This document shows positions 20,782-30,802 of a stretch of DNA of 61,215 nt, in pieces (positions within the stretch are counted from its first letter, which is position 1; every line of letters begins with the position of its first letter). The DNA comes from Leptolyngbyaceae cyanobacterium (GTDB lineage: Bacteria > Cyanobacteriota > Cyanobacteriia > Phormidesmidales > Phormidesmidaceae). The position numbers were made by a program, and so were the translations under genes. Below the pieces are notes generated by a model. That model saw nothing but the letters and a program-made list of their open reading frames with translations, had not been told where the DNA came from and did no database searches. The stretch is from contig JBHJHA010000064.1 in assembly GCA_050331235.1 (NCBI GenBank), positions 1 to 61,215 on the forward strand. Direction: 5' to 3'.

Positions 20782-22569
20782 ATGGAAAGAATTAATTTCA
20801 AGGTCTTTCGACGCTTTTGGGCGATCGCCAAGGCCTATTGGTTTGGCGATGAAAAGTGGAAAGCTCGGGGGTTGCTGCTGCTGATCATTGTTTTATTGCT
20901 GGGCTATACCGGTCTGAGCGTAGTGCTCAACAGTCAGCGTGGAGAACTGATTTCGGCGCTATCGGCCAAGGATGAAGGTCGATTTTGGCAAACGGTTGTC
21001 GTTTTTGTTGGGGTGTTAGTGGTCTACGCCCCCTTACTGGCCGGCTATACTTACCTGCGCGATCGCCTAGGGTTAGCGTGGCGGCGCTGGCTCACAACTC
21101 AATTTGTTGATCGCTACTTCAGAGATCGCGCCTTTTATCGCATCAACCAGTTCGCCCCCGATTTAGACAACCCCGACCAGCGAATCGCAGAAGACGCTAA
21201 GAGCTTCACCCAAGAGTCTTTAACATTGGTACTCGTGGTTGCCTCTTCGGTATTAGAAATTATTGCCTTTAGCGGCGTCCTCTGGGGAATTTCACAGGAG
21301 CTGGTCATTTTTTTGGTCGGCTATGCCATCGTTGGCACGCTGTTGACCGTGGGCGTCTTTGGTAAACCCCTGGTCCGTCTCAATTTTGAACAACTCAAAC
21401 GGGAAGCTGACTTCCGGTTTGGCTTGGTCCGCGTTCGAGAACACGCCGAGGCGATCGCCTTTTACCAAGGCGAATCCCAGGAGGCCAGCCAAGTCAAGGG
21501 GCGCTTTATGGCCGCCTTTGATAACTACAAACGGCTGCTGTCTTGGGAACTCGGACTGAACGGCTTGACCAATGCCTACGAATTCATTCCCTTTGTTCTG
21601 CCTGCTTTGGTCGTTGCCCCAGCCGTCTTTAGCGGTGATTTGGAAGTCGGCAAAGTCAGCGAAGCTCAAGGAGCCTTTATTCGAGTCTTCTTTTCCCTCA
21701 ACGTGATTGTGGCCCGGTTTCAGTCGCTGACCGCTTTTGGCGCGGGTATTGATCGCCTCTATGAGTTCGCCGATGCCTTAGGACATGTCACCATTGACGA
21801 CTCCGAAACGGTGGAAGAGGAGTCCCCTGACTCAACTGCCCCTTCTGAACAGCCTACTGATGCCCCAGCCGCCGAGGTAAGTCCTGAAGTCGCGGTGGCT
21901 GAGCCAGTTATCCTCCAAGAGGTGGCTCCCCATCTCAGCTTGCACCATCTCACCCTGCAAACTCCTAATTATCAGCGGGTCTTGATTGATGATTTGACCT
22001 TAAACATTGAGCCCGAGAGCTCATTGCTGATTGCCGGCCCCAGCGGCTGTGGCAAAAGCTCACTGCTACGGGCGATCGCTGGCCTGTGGGATTCTGGCAA
22101 GGGGTTGATTCAGCGGCCAAAATTAGAGCAACTGCTGTTTCTGCCGCAAAAGCCTTACATGATCCTAGGTAGCTTACGAGACCAACTGCTCTATCCCTAC
22201 CCGGCAGCTGAATTTGACGATGAAGCGTTACAGCAGGCACTGGTTGCCGTTAACCTGCCAGATTTAGCCGAGCGCTTTGGTGGCTTTGTCGCCCAAGAAG
22301 ACTGGGGCGATGTCCTTTCCCTTGGTGAACAGCAGCGTCTGAGCTTTGCGCGGGTGATTTTGCACCAGCCGGACTACGCCATTCTCGACGAAGCTACCAG
22401 CGCCCTCGATACCCAAAATGAGCAGCAACTCTACACCGTGCTCGCCGCTACCGGCACCACCTATATCAGCGTTGGGCACCATGAATCGCTAGAGGCCCAC
22501 CATGAGCAACTGCTCAGACTGGCGGAAGATCAGACCTGGCAGCTAGTTACACTGGCAGCCGCTGTCTAG
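20782..22569 (+). CDS. ABC transporter fused permease/ATPase (ABCD/YddA family)
   Basis: DNPDQRIAED, EADFRFGLVRVREHAEAIAFY, GPSGCGKSS, LSLGEQQRL, LDEATSALD. Confidence 0.9.
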   Translation: MERINFKVFRRFWAIAKAYWFGDEKWKARGLLLLIIVLLLGYTGLSVVLNSQRGELISALSAKDEGRFWQTVVVFVGVLVVYAPLLAGYTYLRDRLGLAWRRWLTTQFVDRYFRDRAFYRINQFAPDLDNPDQRIAEDAKSFTQESLTLVLVVASSVLEIIAFSGVLWGISQELVIFLVGYAIVGTLLTVGVFGKPLVRLNFEQLKREADFRFGLVRVREHAEAIAFYQGESQEASQVKGRFMAAFDNYKRLLSWELGLNGLTNAYEFIPFVLPALVVAPAVFSGDLEVGKVSEAQGAFIRVFFSLNVIVARFQSLTAFGAGIDRLYEFADALGHVTIDDSETVEEESPDSTAPSEQPTDAPAAEVSPEVAVAEPVILQEVAPHLSLHHLTLQTPNYQRVLIDDLTLNIEPESSLLIAGPSGCGKSSLLRAIAGLWDSGKGLIQRPKLEQLLFLPQKPYMILGSLRDQLLYPYPAAEFDDEALQQALVAVNLPDLAERFGGFVAQEDWGDVLSLGEQQRLSFARVILHQPDYAILDEATSALDTQNEQQLYTVLAATGTTYISVGHHESLEAHHEQLLRLAEDQTWQLVTLAAAV

Positions 22570-22942
22570 TTGCCGACTGTACAAACAAGTTACTTTCTCC
22601 CTCTTCTACCCACGATTTCACAACCAAGTACAGCGGCAGGAAGGCATCACCGGGCCTGGAGTCGGTTCAAAAGGCTTACGATCGATGACAGATAACCTTT
22701 TGAGGTCCAGAACGGCAGATTCGTTCTGGTTGAGGTGGGGTTGATAAAAAGGCGATCTCCCTCCAGGGCATCTGTACTCACAACATCTGAATTGACCTTT
22801 TGCGCCCGGCTAGCACAAACCAAAGCTCTACAAACCTGCCGCTAGCATCAATGGAATAGCCTTGGAAGGATGAAGCCACAGTTCAGTGTGATTTAGCTAA
22901 CGACTCTATTTTCTTCCAGTCTCCCCAATCCGCTTTAAAAGT

Positions 22943-23025
22943 AAAAAGCTGGGTAGAAGCTCTAGTTCAAGAGACTTCCCCCAGCCCGTGCTCAAGGAGC
23001 ACACGCGAGTCTACAGGATGACTCT
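22943..23025 (-). ncRNA. Candidate small RNA A (5' hairpin, TCCTTGAGCAC motif, intrinsic terminator)
   Basis: Minus strand GAGTC-atcctgta-GACTC, then gtgtgctccttgagcacg, then GCTGGGGGAAG...CTTCTACCCAGC-TTTTT; no ORF; same architecture as the 26734-26828 element. Confidence 0.5.
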
Positions 23026-23374
23026 ATTCTGACTTTTAGCCTTTCATGACACCACGGGGAAAAACTCAGAAAAATTCAGGTCTTGCGGATTAAACTTCAG
23101 ATTTCCTATTTTCGTCCCTGAAAAAGTGTCCGTAAATGATCATCTTTATCGATTGTTGATTTGTTGATTTGCCCTGGCTGTTCCCCCAGCCGCCCTTCGT
23201 TGGCCAATTGGAACGGCTATCTAGAGCGATCTCCACTCACATCTATCGGCGGCGGCACATCAGGGAAACAAAAAAATCGGCACAGCCTAGGCCATACCGA
23301 TTTGCTATTCAAGTCAATTGTTTTTCAGAGCGCGATCGCCGGAGCTACTGGAGCAAACGCTCTACCACCACTTA

Positions 23375-23734
23375 CTACCACCACTTACGCTCGCCGGTCT
23401 CTTCATCCACTCGGGCTTGGCGAATAACGTCGGAGATCTCCTCAGCATCGTCGATATGGTGCAGCGCTTTCTTGCCCTCTTCAGGATCATCGACGACAAA
23501 GTAAGTCGGTACTACGATGCGATCGCCTGTAATATCTCCAGTATTCACTGCCACCTTTTGAGACTTTTCTTCCAGAGTCATTTCTCGATCAACGATATCG
23601 CCAGGATTCAAAGTCGGATTACCATTTTCTAACGCCTCTTGATGGGCTTGGCGTTGCTCAGGAGACACCTGTTCGGGTGTCAAAGGTTGACGAATCTGAT
23701 TATTCTCATTATTGGAATTTTCTTGATTACTCAT
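23375..23734 (-). CDS. Acidic hypothetical protein
   Basis: 119 aa ORF with protein-like composition (IVVPTYFVV...ISDVIRQAR); fills the gap downstream of parA. Confidence 0.7.
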   Translation of the reverse strand: MSNQENSNNENNQIRQPLTPEQVSPEQRQAHQEALENGNPTLNPGDIVDREMTLEEKSQKVAVNTGDITGDRIVVPTYFVVDDPEEGKKALHHIDDAEEISDVIRQARVDEETGERKWW

Positions 23735-23952
23735 AAGGACTCTTTCTTACTGCATATCTGTAAAAATCCTAAAAAAGAACCCAATCTCAGTCATCACCCT
23801 AAGGAGTCACATCGTAGTTGATCAACTTCCCCCTAAAGGCCGAATCAAGCCATTCAAAATTGTTGATATCGCTTTCGCCAAATGACGACAAACACTGCGG
23901 ATAGACTCGCAAGCTGTCCTGTTTTTGTAGCGATCGCACCCCGAGCAGTGAC

Positions 23953-24621
23953 TCAAGCCAAAGCCTGAGTGACTTCCTTACCAAACTGTTCAAACTCTTC
24001 AGACGCTTCAATCGCCGACTTGCCGGCGAGATCAAACACCGTTGCCCGCTGCCCAAATGTATCGGCGACGACCTGTCGCTGGTGAATAACCGACTCGAAC
24101 ATTGGTGCATTCGCCTTTGTCAAGAGCGCGATGGCCTCATCTTTGAGCCGTGTGCCCTTGACCGCCCGCGATAGCAGAACTCTGGCCTTCGGTAGACCCT
24201 GTCGCGATTTCTGCACCTTTTTAACCAGCTTGATAGCATCTGATGCGCTGCGCAAATCCACCCCTGATGGCTGACAGGGAATGATGGCTAAGTCACAACG
24301 GGCGATAATGGCCGTCGTGGCCTCAGACAGGCCAGCGGGCCCATCAATCACGCAGTAGGCATAGTCGGCGGCAATCGCAGGAATCTGATCAAACAAGGTC
24401 TTAGCCGACTGGATAGTTTGGCGAGGCACCTGCACATCCATCAGACTGGCTAACCACAGTGATGACGATCGCTGGGCATCCGCATCAATCAAGACAACCT
24501 TATGGCCCTTTAGCTGTAGCCAGTAGGCAAGATGAACAGACGTTGTACTTTTGGCACATCCGCCTTTCTGATTCACAATTCCTAAAATTGGCACAGGCTC
24601 ACCACGCAGCTGCTGCTGCAT
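23953..24621 (-). CDS. parA: Short ParA/MinD-family ATPase (no adjacent parB)
   Basis: NQKGGCAKST deviant Walker A, LIDADAQ, VIDGPAG. Confidence 0.85.
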   Translation of the reverse strand: MQQQLRGEPVPILGIVNQKGGCAKSTTSVHLAYWLQLKGHKVVLIDADAQRSSSLWLASLMDVQVPRQTIQSAKTLFDQIPAIAADYAYCVIDGPAGLSEATTAIIARCDLAIIPCQPSGVDLRSASDAIKLVKKVQKSRQGLPKARVLLSRAVKGTRLKDEAIALLTKANAPMFESVIHQRQVVADTFGQRATVFDLAGKSAIEASEEFEQFGKEVTQALA

Positions 24622-24691
24622 ATTTACTGCATTACAGCTACCCAGCGCAATATCATGGCCATCTTTGAGATGCCATCAGCCCCCGAAACGG

Positions 24692-25639
24692 TTATAGCGG
24701 CTGCAAAGATTGAGACGCCGTCAGCTCTGCTAGCAAATCAGTCGCATCTGCGATCGCGTGGCCCTGATCGACCCATACCAGGGCCGCCTGCTCAACGGCT
24801 CCCCTGGTCAGCGTAACTAAAGAAAAATTGCGCCGCTGCTGGTCATCTACTGTGACGATGCGCGGCACACAGGCAGCATTGAGATAAAGAGTTTCAGCGA
24901 TATCACGACTAACCCGCTGTCGCTGAATGTCTTTGCGGTGTCGCAGATTATGATGCATATGCCCAAATGTGACAAGGGGTACTGACTTACCTTGGGCTTG
25001 GGCATAGGCGATCGCCGCTGCCAAATCCGGATCGCCAAAGTCACCCCCAATCGGTTTCCAGTCTCTTCCACAGGGGGACTCAGGGGCATCGCCCAAACCA
25101 GTGGGACCGCAGTGACCCACGAAAATCAGCGTGTCATAGGTAGCAGCATCGATGGCCTGCTGCATCCGTGACAGTGACTCATCAAAATTGTGGACGCCGT
25201 AGCGATCGCGATAAAAAGACGAATACTTCCACTCTGATCCACCCTAGCTAAACGGACGGGCCCCCACCACGGTCAGGCCAAATTCGGGAAAGTCCTTGTG
25301 GCAGTAGCTCACATCTGCAGAACCGAGCAGGTCCATTTGTCGCTGGACCCAGTCTTCCGTCTCGCGGTCGTAGGGACATTTTTTGCGCCCCCAAGGCGTT
25401 GCCGTATACCAAGCATCGTGGTTACCAAAAATTGCGGCCTTAGGCAAATTCAGAGACGCAATAGACTTGACCACATCGACAGCTTCGTTGCCAAAGTCGC
25501 CCACAAACAGGGCCAGATCAACCTCTAAGTCATGCAACGCAGCAATATCTTGTTCTTCCCACTGGTCATGCACGTCCCCAATAACGGCAATTTGTAAGGT
25601 ATTCATTGGAGAAGCAGACGCATCAGCCATGGATTTCAT
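24692..25639 (-). pseudogene. TIGR04168-like metallophosphoesterase interrupted by in-frame TAG at 25244-25246
   Basis: IGDVHD, FVGDFGNE, GNHDAW...ARPFS*GGSEWK...GHCGPTGLG...FGHMHH; the two track ORFs are in the same frame. Confidence 0.8.
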
Positions 25640-25894
25640 CACTTTATCTCTCCTTAAGGATAAAGGGTGAGCCCTCACTTGGCGACGCTGCTCAAATTTG
25701 GCGGTCTTCGGCATCATCCCTCGGCAGTCATCACAAACCGTCATCCCATGTTCCCTAAACGAGCGGCCAATCGTGCACCATGAGCAGCCATTACATTGAT
25801 CACCGTGGAGTTCTGCAACGGTTTCTCAAGACCAGGTTTAGCCGGTGAAAGCCACCTGAGATGATAAAGGTGATTACGCGGGGATTTTCTGATT

Positions 25895-26713
25895 ATGGCG
25901 GCACTGCTTTTATTTACTGATCTGGATGGCACATTGCTGAATGGCAAAAGTTATGCGTATCAGGCCGCCTTACCCGTACTGGCAACACTCAAGCAACGCC
26001 ATATTCCTGTCATTCCAGTCACGAGTAAAACCCGAGCCGAAGTCGAAACCCTGATTCAAGAAATTGAGCTCATGGATCCCTTTGTAGTCGAAAATGGCAG
26101 CGCCATTTACATTCCCCGAGCCAATTGCCCGTTCGCTCTACCCGAGGGCGATGACATTGGTCCCTATCGAGTGGTGGTACTAGGGGTCGCCTACGTCATG
26201 GCTCGAGCCGGACTCAAAGCGATCGCTCAAGAGCTCGGACGTCCTCTCAAAGGATTTGGGGATATGTCAGCCGATCAGGTGCAGCAGCTCACTGGTCTCT
26301 CCGCCAAGGATGCCCATCAAGCTAAAATGCGTGAATTTTCCGAGCCGTTCTTAACGCCCAAAAATACCTCTGCTGACAGGCTCACCACTGCAGTCGAAAG
26401 TATGGGATTCAAAGTGGTGGTAGGCGATCGCTTCTCCCACTTGATTGGCGGCAATGCGGGTAAGGGGCTCGCCGTGCACCGACTCGTTGAGCTCTACACT
26501 CCCACCTTTACCCAGGGCGACTCCGTAATCACCATTGGTCTCGGCAACAGTCCGAATGATTTAGACATGCTCGAAAATGTGGATCGCCCTATCGTCTTAC
26601 CCGGTGCCCAAGGTCCCCATGAGCGCCTAGCTGAGCGCGGCTGGCCCATCGCCCCCCAACCGGCTCCTGAAGGATGGGCGATCGCGGTGCAAACGCTCCT
26701 CGACAACTACTAA
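25895..26713 (+). CDS. HAD-IIB mannosyl/glucosyl-3-phosphoglycerate phosphatase family
   Basis: FTDLDGTLL, TSKTRAEV, VENGSAI, REFSEP, GLGNSPNDLDML. Confidence 0.85.
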   Translation: MAALLLFTDLDGTLLNGKSYAYQAALPVLATLKQRHIPVIPVTSKTRAEVETLIQEIELMDPFVVENGSAIYIPRANCPFALPEGDDIGPYRVVVLGVAYVMARAGLKAIAQELGRPLKGFGDMSADQVQQLTGLSAKDAHQAKMREFSEPFLTPKNTSADRLTTAVESMGFKVVVGDRFSHLIGGNAGKGLAVHRLVELYTPTFTQGDSVITIGLGNSPNDLDMLENVDRPIVLPGAQGPHERLAERGWPIAPQPAPEGWAIAVQTLLDNY

Positions 26714-26733
26714 TCATACTAAAGCTGCTACAT

Positions 26734-26828
26734 AAAAAAGCCTGCCAAACAGCAAACCGCTGGAGACAGGCTCCGGTCCTATGAAAAGGTGCTCAAGGAA
26801 ACGATGGTCAGTTTTAGTGCTGACCTTT
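26734..26828 (-). ncRNA. Candidate small RNA B (5' hairpin, TCCTTGAGCAC motif, intrinsic terminator)
   Basis: Minus strand GGTCAG-cactaaaa-CTGACC, then atcgtttccttgagcacc, then AGCCTGTC...GGCAGGCT-TTTTT; no credible minus-strand gene upstream. Confidence 0.5.
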
Positions 26829-27203
26829 AGACAGTGTGACTTGAAATTAGCAAACTGCCGTATTCAAATCTCCCCCTGCAGTATATATGAATATCTCCAG
26901 CCAGCGGAGATTCATATCAAACCATTGAGCTTAGACTCCAGACTTGGCTGATACATGAGCAGCACTCACTGTCCCCAGATGAACGCCTATTGCCACTGTA
27001 TGGAGGTGGGGATCGCTCTCCATCGCTAATATTTCAGGGGAAACACCCAGAAAACGAACCCTGCACAACCAACACGATTGCAACTTTCCGAGATTTAACG
27101 GGCGTATTTCCTTCAACCGAACCACTAAATTAAGGATGTCAGCGGATGACTTGTTTTTCTACCTTCAAGTCACGCTTACCTCACTACAGGCAGACTCTTC
27201 GCT

Positions 27204-27443
27204 ATGCTCATTTATACCCTCACTGCAGCTTTGTTCTTCAGCTTGGTCGCATCCATCTTTATGCAAGATGAGGCAGCGCCTAAGGACGATTTTATGGCTT
27301 GGTTATTTATTGTCTTTGCCGCTTCCATCTGGCCACTGACCTTACCCAATACGATCCGCAAGATTACCGTCAAAGCGTTAGAGCGTCGGCAAACCGACAG
27401 ACAGGCTGCACTATTTGAAAGCCTTGAGAAGTCTTTTAACTAA
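27204..27443 (+). CDS. Small two-TM hypothetical protein
   Basis: Two hydrophobic segments with a WPLTLP motif. Confidence 0.6.
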   Translation: MLIYTLTAALFFSLVASIFMQDEAAPKDDFMAWLFIVFAASIWPLTLPNTIRKITVKALERRQTDRQAALFESLEKSFN

Positions 27444-27517
27444 GTTACCGGTCAGCATTCATCCAGGTCATCGGTTCTGATCGCGATTGTTGATCGTTAA
27501 CTCATCCTGCAATTTAG

Positions 27518-27542
27518 GCCCCCGGTTACAACAGCCGGGGGC
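27518..27542. terminator. GC-rich hairpin between convergent genes
   Basis: gcccccgg-ttacaacag-ccgggggc. Confidence 0.6.
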
Positions 27543-28085
27543 TTATTGCTGTCGACAAAATAACCTCAGCGGATAGCCACCGTAGTAGTCATAGCTGATA
27601 CCGAGGTTAGTCATGCCGAGACGTTGGGTGACACGCACCGAGCGGTCATTGCTGAGTAGCGTTACCGCGTAAATCGCTGGCAAATCTAGGGTCTCGAACC
27701 CTATTTTTATCACTGCTTGGGCCGCCTCAGTGGCATAGCCATGTCCCCAACTAGCAGCACAAAAATGCCAGCCAATTTCAACCTTACCGCTGGGCTGACT
27801 ATCTCGATTGGGCAGCGGCATGAGCAGCAAGGACCCAATCACACTTTGCGTGTGCTTAATCACCACGGCCCAGCAGCCCAATCCAGAAAATGCCGAGGCG
27901 CGATCGCGATAGCGCTGGAGCCGAGCCGTCACAGCATCAATCGTGGTATCGATGGATTGGTCACCGATCCATTGTGTGACAGCCGGATCGCCGTAGATCG
28001 CGATCGCCGCCGTCGCATCTGACTCCGGTGACCAATCCCGGATGAGTAATCTCTGAGTTTCGAGCTGCATGATTTTAGTGAGCAA
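27543..28085 (-). CDS. RimJ/RimL-type GNAT N-acetyltransferase
   Basis: LETQRLLIRDW, EIGWHF, WGHGYATEAA, NDRSVRVTQRLGM. Confidence 0.9.
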   Translation of the reverse strand: MLTKIMQLETQRLLIRDWSPESDATAAIAIYGDPAVTQWIGDQSIDTTIDAVTARLQRYRDRASAFSGLGCWAVVIKHTQSVIGSLLLMPLPNRDSQPSGKVEIGWHFCAASWGHGYATEAAQAVIKIGFETLDLPAIYAVTLLSNDRSVRVTQRLGMTNLGISYDYYGGYPLRLFCRQQ

Positions 28086-28478
28086 TGTCTAGACCCATAG
28101 CCAAAACATTGCTTCCCGCGGGTCTGGCTTTCTCAACGATAGGACTTCTCAGCGCTGGCGATCGCTAGGAACCAAAAATTGCCTGACGTTGCAGCGGTAT
28201 GCGCGATCGCTATTGGCATCCCCAAGGTGGCATCAAGAAGCGGGAAAATTCAAACAAAAGATTGATCGATTGATAACAAATTCACCCTTTAGATAGAGAT
28301 TTGGTCGATCCATTCCAAAGAAAACCTTTGGGATAGATCGTCATTGCAAAAAAGTTGATTACTCTGTACACATCTTGCTGTACTGCAATGTCTCAGGGAA
28401 ACTATCCCCAAGTTAGTTCTGAGGCAGCTTGGCAATCAGCAATCAGGTTGTTCACAGGCAAACTTAGAGAGACTTTTT

Positions 28479-29903
28479 ATGGCACAGAGTTTTGGAGTAA
28501 TCGGCCTAGCGGTCATGGGTGAAAACCTGGCCTTAAACGTTGAACGCAATGGTTTCCCAGTTGCGGTATACAATCGCTCTCGCGAAAAAACCGATCGATT
28601 TATGGCTGAGCGCGCTGGAGACAAAAACGTCAAAGCGGCATTTACCCTTGAAGACTTCGTTGCATCTTTGGAGCGGCCGCGGCGCATCTTGGTCATGGTC
28701 AAGGCCGGTGGTCCCGTTGATGCCGTCATCGGTCAGCTCAAGCCGCTGTTAGAAGAAGGCGACATGATTATCGACGGGGGCAACTCCCTGTACGAAGATA
28801 CCGAGCGCCGCGTCAAGGAACTCGAACCCACTGGCCTAGGCTTCATTGGGATGGGCGTCAGCGGGGGTGAAGAGGGGGCTCTCAATGGCCCTAGCCTGAT
28901 GCCCGGCGGGACTCGCGCCGCCTATGCCGAGATTGAGCACATCGTCACTAAGATTGCTGCCCAGGTTGATGATGGTCCTTGCGTCACCTACTTCGGCCCG
29001 GGTGGGGCTGGTCACTACGTCAAGATGGTGCACAACGGCATTGAGTATGGTGACATGCAGCTCATCGCCGAAGCCTATGACCTCATGAAGAACGTCTTGG
29101 GCCTGGGGCAAGAGCAGCTCTACGAAGTGTTTGCTGAATGGAACCAGACGGAGGAGCTCAATTCTTTTCTGATTGAGATTACCACCGACATTTTCACCAA
29201 TACGGATCCTGACACAGGCAAACCCTTAGTTGAGATGATTCTCGATGCGGCGGGTCAAAAGGGAACCGGTCGCTGGACGGTAATCAGCGCCCTAGAAATG
29301 GGCGTGGCGATTCCCACCATTACGGCGGCGGTCAATGCCCGTATCCTATCCTCCATCAAGCAAGAGCGGGTCGCGGCCTCTAAAGAACTCAGCGGTCCTA
29401 TGGGCAAGTTTGACGGCGATATCAAAGCGACGATAGCGAAAATCCGCGATGCCCTTTATTGCTCCAAGATGTGCTCCTATGCCCAGGGCATGGCGTTAAT
29501 CGGTACTGCTTCCCAGAAAAATGACTACGCCATTGACCTGGGCGAAACAGCACGGATTTGGAAAGGTGGCTGTATTATTCGGGCGGGCTTTTTGAACAAG
29601 ATCAAGCATGCTTATGATGAAAATCCTGGCTTGGCTAATCTACTGCTAGCGCCTGAATTCAAGGAGACTATTCTCAATCGTCAGGAAGCCTGGCGTGAAG
29701 TGGTCTCCATGGCGGCAACGCTAGGGATCCCCGTCCCAGCCTTTAGCGCTTCGCTCGATTACTTCGATAGCTATCGCCGTGATCGCTTACCGCAAAACCT
29801 GACTCAGGCCCAGCGCGACTACTTTGGCGCTCACACCTACGAGCGTGTTGACAAAGACGGTGTCTTCCACCACGAGTGGTCTAAAGCGCCCGCCAAGGTC
29901 TAA
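28479..29903 (+). CDS. gnd: 6-phosphogluconate dehydrogenase (decarboxylating)
   Basis: GVIGLAVMGENLALN, GVSGGEEGA, KMVHNGIEYGDMQL, QAQRDYFGAHTY. Confidence 0.97.
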   Translation: MAQSFGVIGLAVMGENLALNVERNGFPVAVYNRSREKTDRFMAERAGDKNVKAAFTLEDFVASLERPRRILVMVKAGGPVDAVIGQLKPLLEEGDMIIDGGNSLYEDTERRVKELEPTGLGFIGMGVSGGEEGALNGPSLMPGGTRAAYAEIEHIVTKIAAQVDDGPCVTYFGPGGAGHYVKMVHNGIEYGDMQLIAEAYDLMKNVLGLGQEQLYEVFAEWNQTEELNSFLIEITTDIFTNTDPDTGKPLVEMILDAAGQKGTGRWTVISALEMGVAIPTITAAVNARILSSIKQERVAASKELSGPMGKFDGDIKATIAKIRDALYCSKMCSYAQGMALIGTASQKNDYAIDLGETARIWKGGCIIRAGFLNKIKHAYDENPGLANLLLAPEFKETILNRQEAWREVVSMAATLGIPVPAFSASLDYFDSYRRDRLPQNLTQAQRDYFGAHTYERVDKDGVFHHEWSKAPAKV

Positions 29904-30009
29904 ATCTGAAACCCCGGTGCACAATTGATGAGTGATAGGGTGTTGGAGGCAAAGCCGGAGAAGAGCTTTTGCTGCCAACACCCGTTTTTTTGCGTTTCAC
30001 TGCTTGACC

Positions 30010-30294
30010 ATGACAGACAAGACCGATCAGGATCATCCGCAATATCTCAGCGATCGCGCGGTGGTTAACGAGTTGCTCAAGGGCGAATTTACCGACTACA
30101 CCCTTTGCGAATTAGCCCGGTTAATTATTCGCTATCGGGGCTTTCCGGGGGCGCGGGATATCCAGCGCGACCTAGAAAAAGCTTTGAAGCAATCGGGTCT
30201 GACCGAAGAAACTCTGTACGAAAAGACCCGCGCCCTTCACGCTGAAGGCGGCATCTACCATAATCTGGGCCGCAACCGCGAGGACTGGAGTTAG
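30010..30294 (+). CDS. DUF3288 family protein
   Basis: DQDHPQY...ELARLIIRYRGFPGARDIQRDL...EDWS. Confidence 0.8.
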   Translation: MTDKTDQDHPQYLSDRAVVNELLKGEFTDYTLCELARLIIRYRGFPGARDIQRDLEKALKQSGLTEETLYEKTRALHAEGGIYHNLGRNREDWS

Positions 30295-30307
30295 AAATCG
30301 CAGCGGA

Positions 30308-30766
30308 CTAATTGCCAAAGCCGCGAAAGTGTCCCGGTAATAAATTGATGTTTAGCGCTGATTTCACCAGGTACGCCATCAAAATCAGCGACAAGCAAAA
30401 CGTGAAATTGACTCCCACAATCAGGATTACGGCAGCCAACCAGTTCAGCATGGCGGTGCCGGGGGAGTCAGGTCGCTGCCGGGGCATGCGGCGCTGCTCC
30501 TTGCCCACATACAACACCAGAAAAAACCGCCCTATCAGCAAATCAATATTCAGTCTCAGGTCGACCAGTTTGGGGACTGGCGGGCGGGGTAAGGCTAAGG
30601 CAATCAGCCTTTCGACTTCATGCCTCTGATGCGGCATCAACTGAGCACGTAGCTCCGGGGACATCTGATTGAGAATATCTTGGGGCGATCGCTCGCTGGG
30701 TAATGAGCGCTCAGTAGTCTGCCGTCTGGGCCAAAAGTGAAAGGGGTTTGTCATCGTCGTTGGCAA
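30308..30766 (-). CDS. Hypothetical membrane protein
   Basis: VDLRLNIDLL...TM...YLVKSALNINLLP. Confidence 0.65.
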   Translation of the reverse strand: MPTTMTNPFHFWPRRQTTERSLPSERSPQDILNQMSPELRAQLMPHQRHEVERLIALALPRPPVPKLVDLRLNIDLLIGRFFLVLYVGKEQRRMPRQRPDSPGTAMLNWLAAVILIVGVNFTFCLSLILMAYLVKSALNINLLPGHFRGFGN

Positions 30767-30802
30767 GCTTGCTGGTTTAACATCTCAGAATTGTGCCTGG
30801 AT

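Noticed and set aside
20782..22569. ABCD-family transporter as a B12 importer linked to nrdJ and cobW
   Set aside because: No cobalamin riboswitch upstream and about 20 kb from the B12 genes; substrate cannot be inferred
25244..25246. Pyrrolysine or programmed amber recoding
   Set aside because: No pyl genes in the window and not known in cyanobacteria; a single TGG-to-TAG change is more parsimonious
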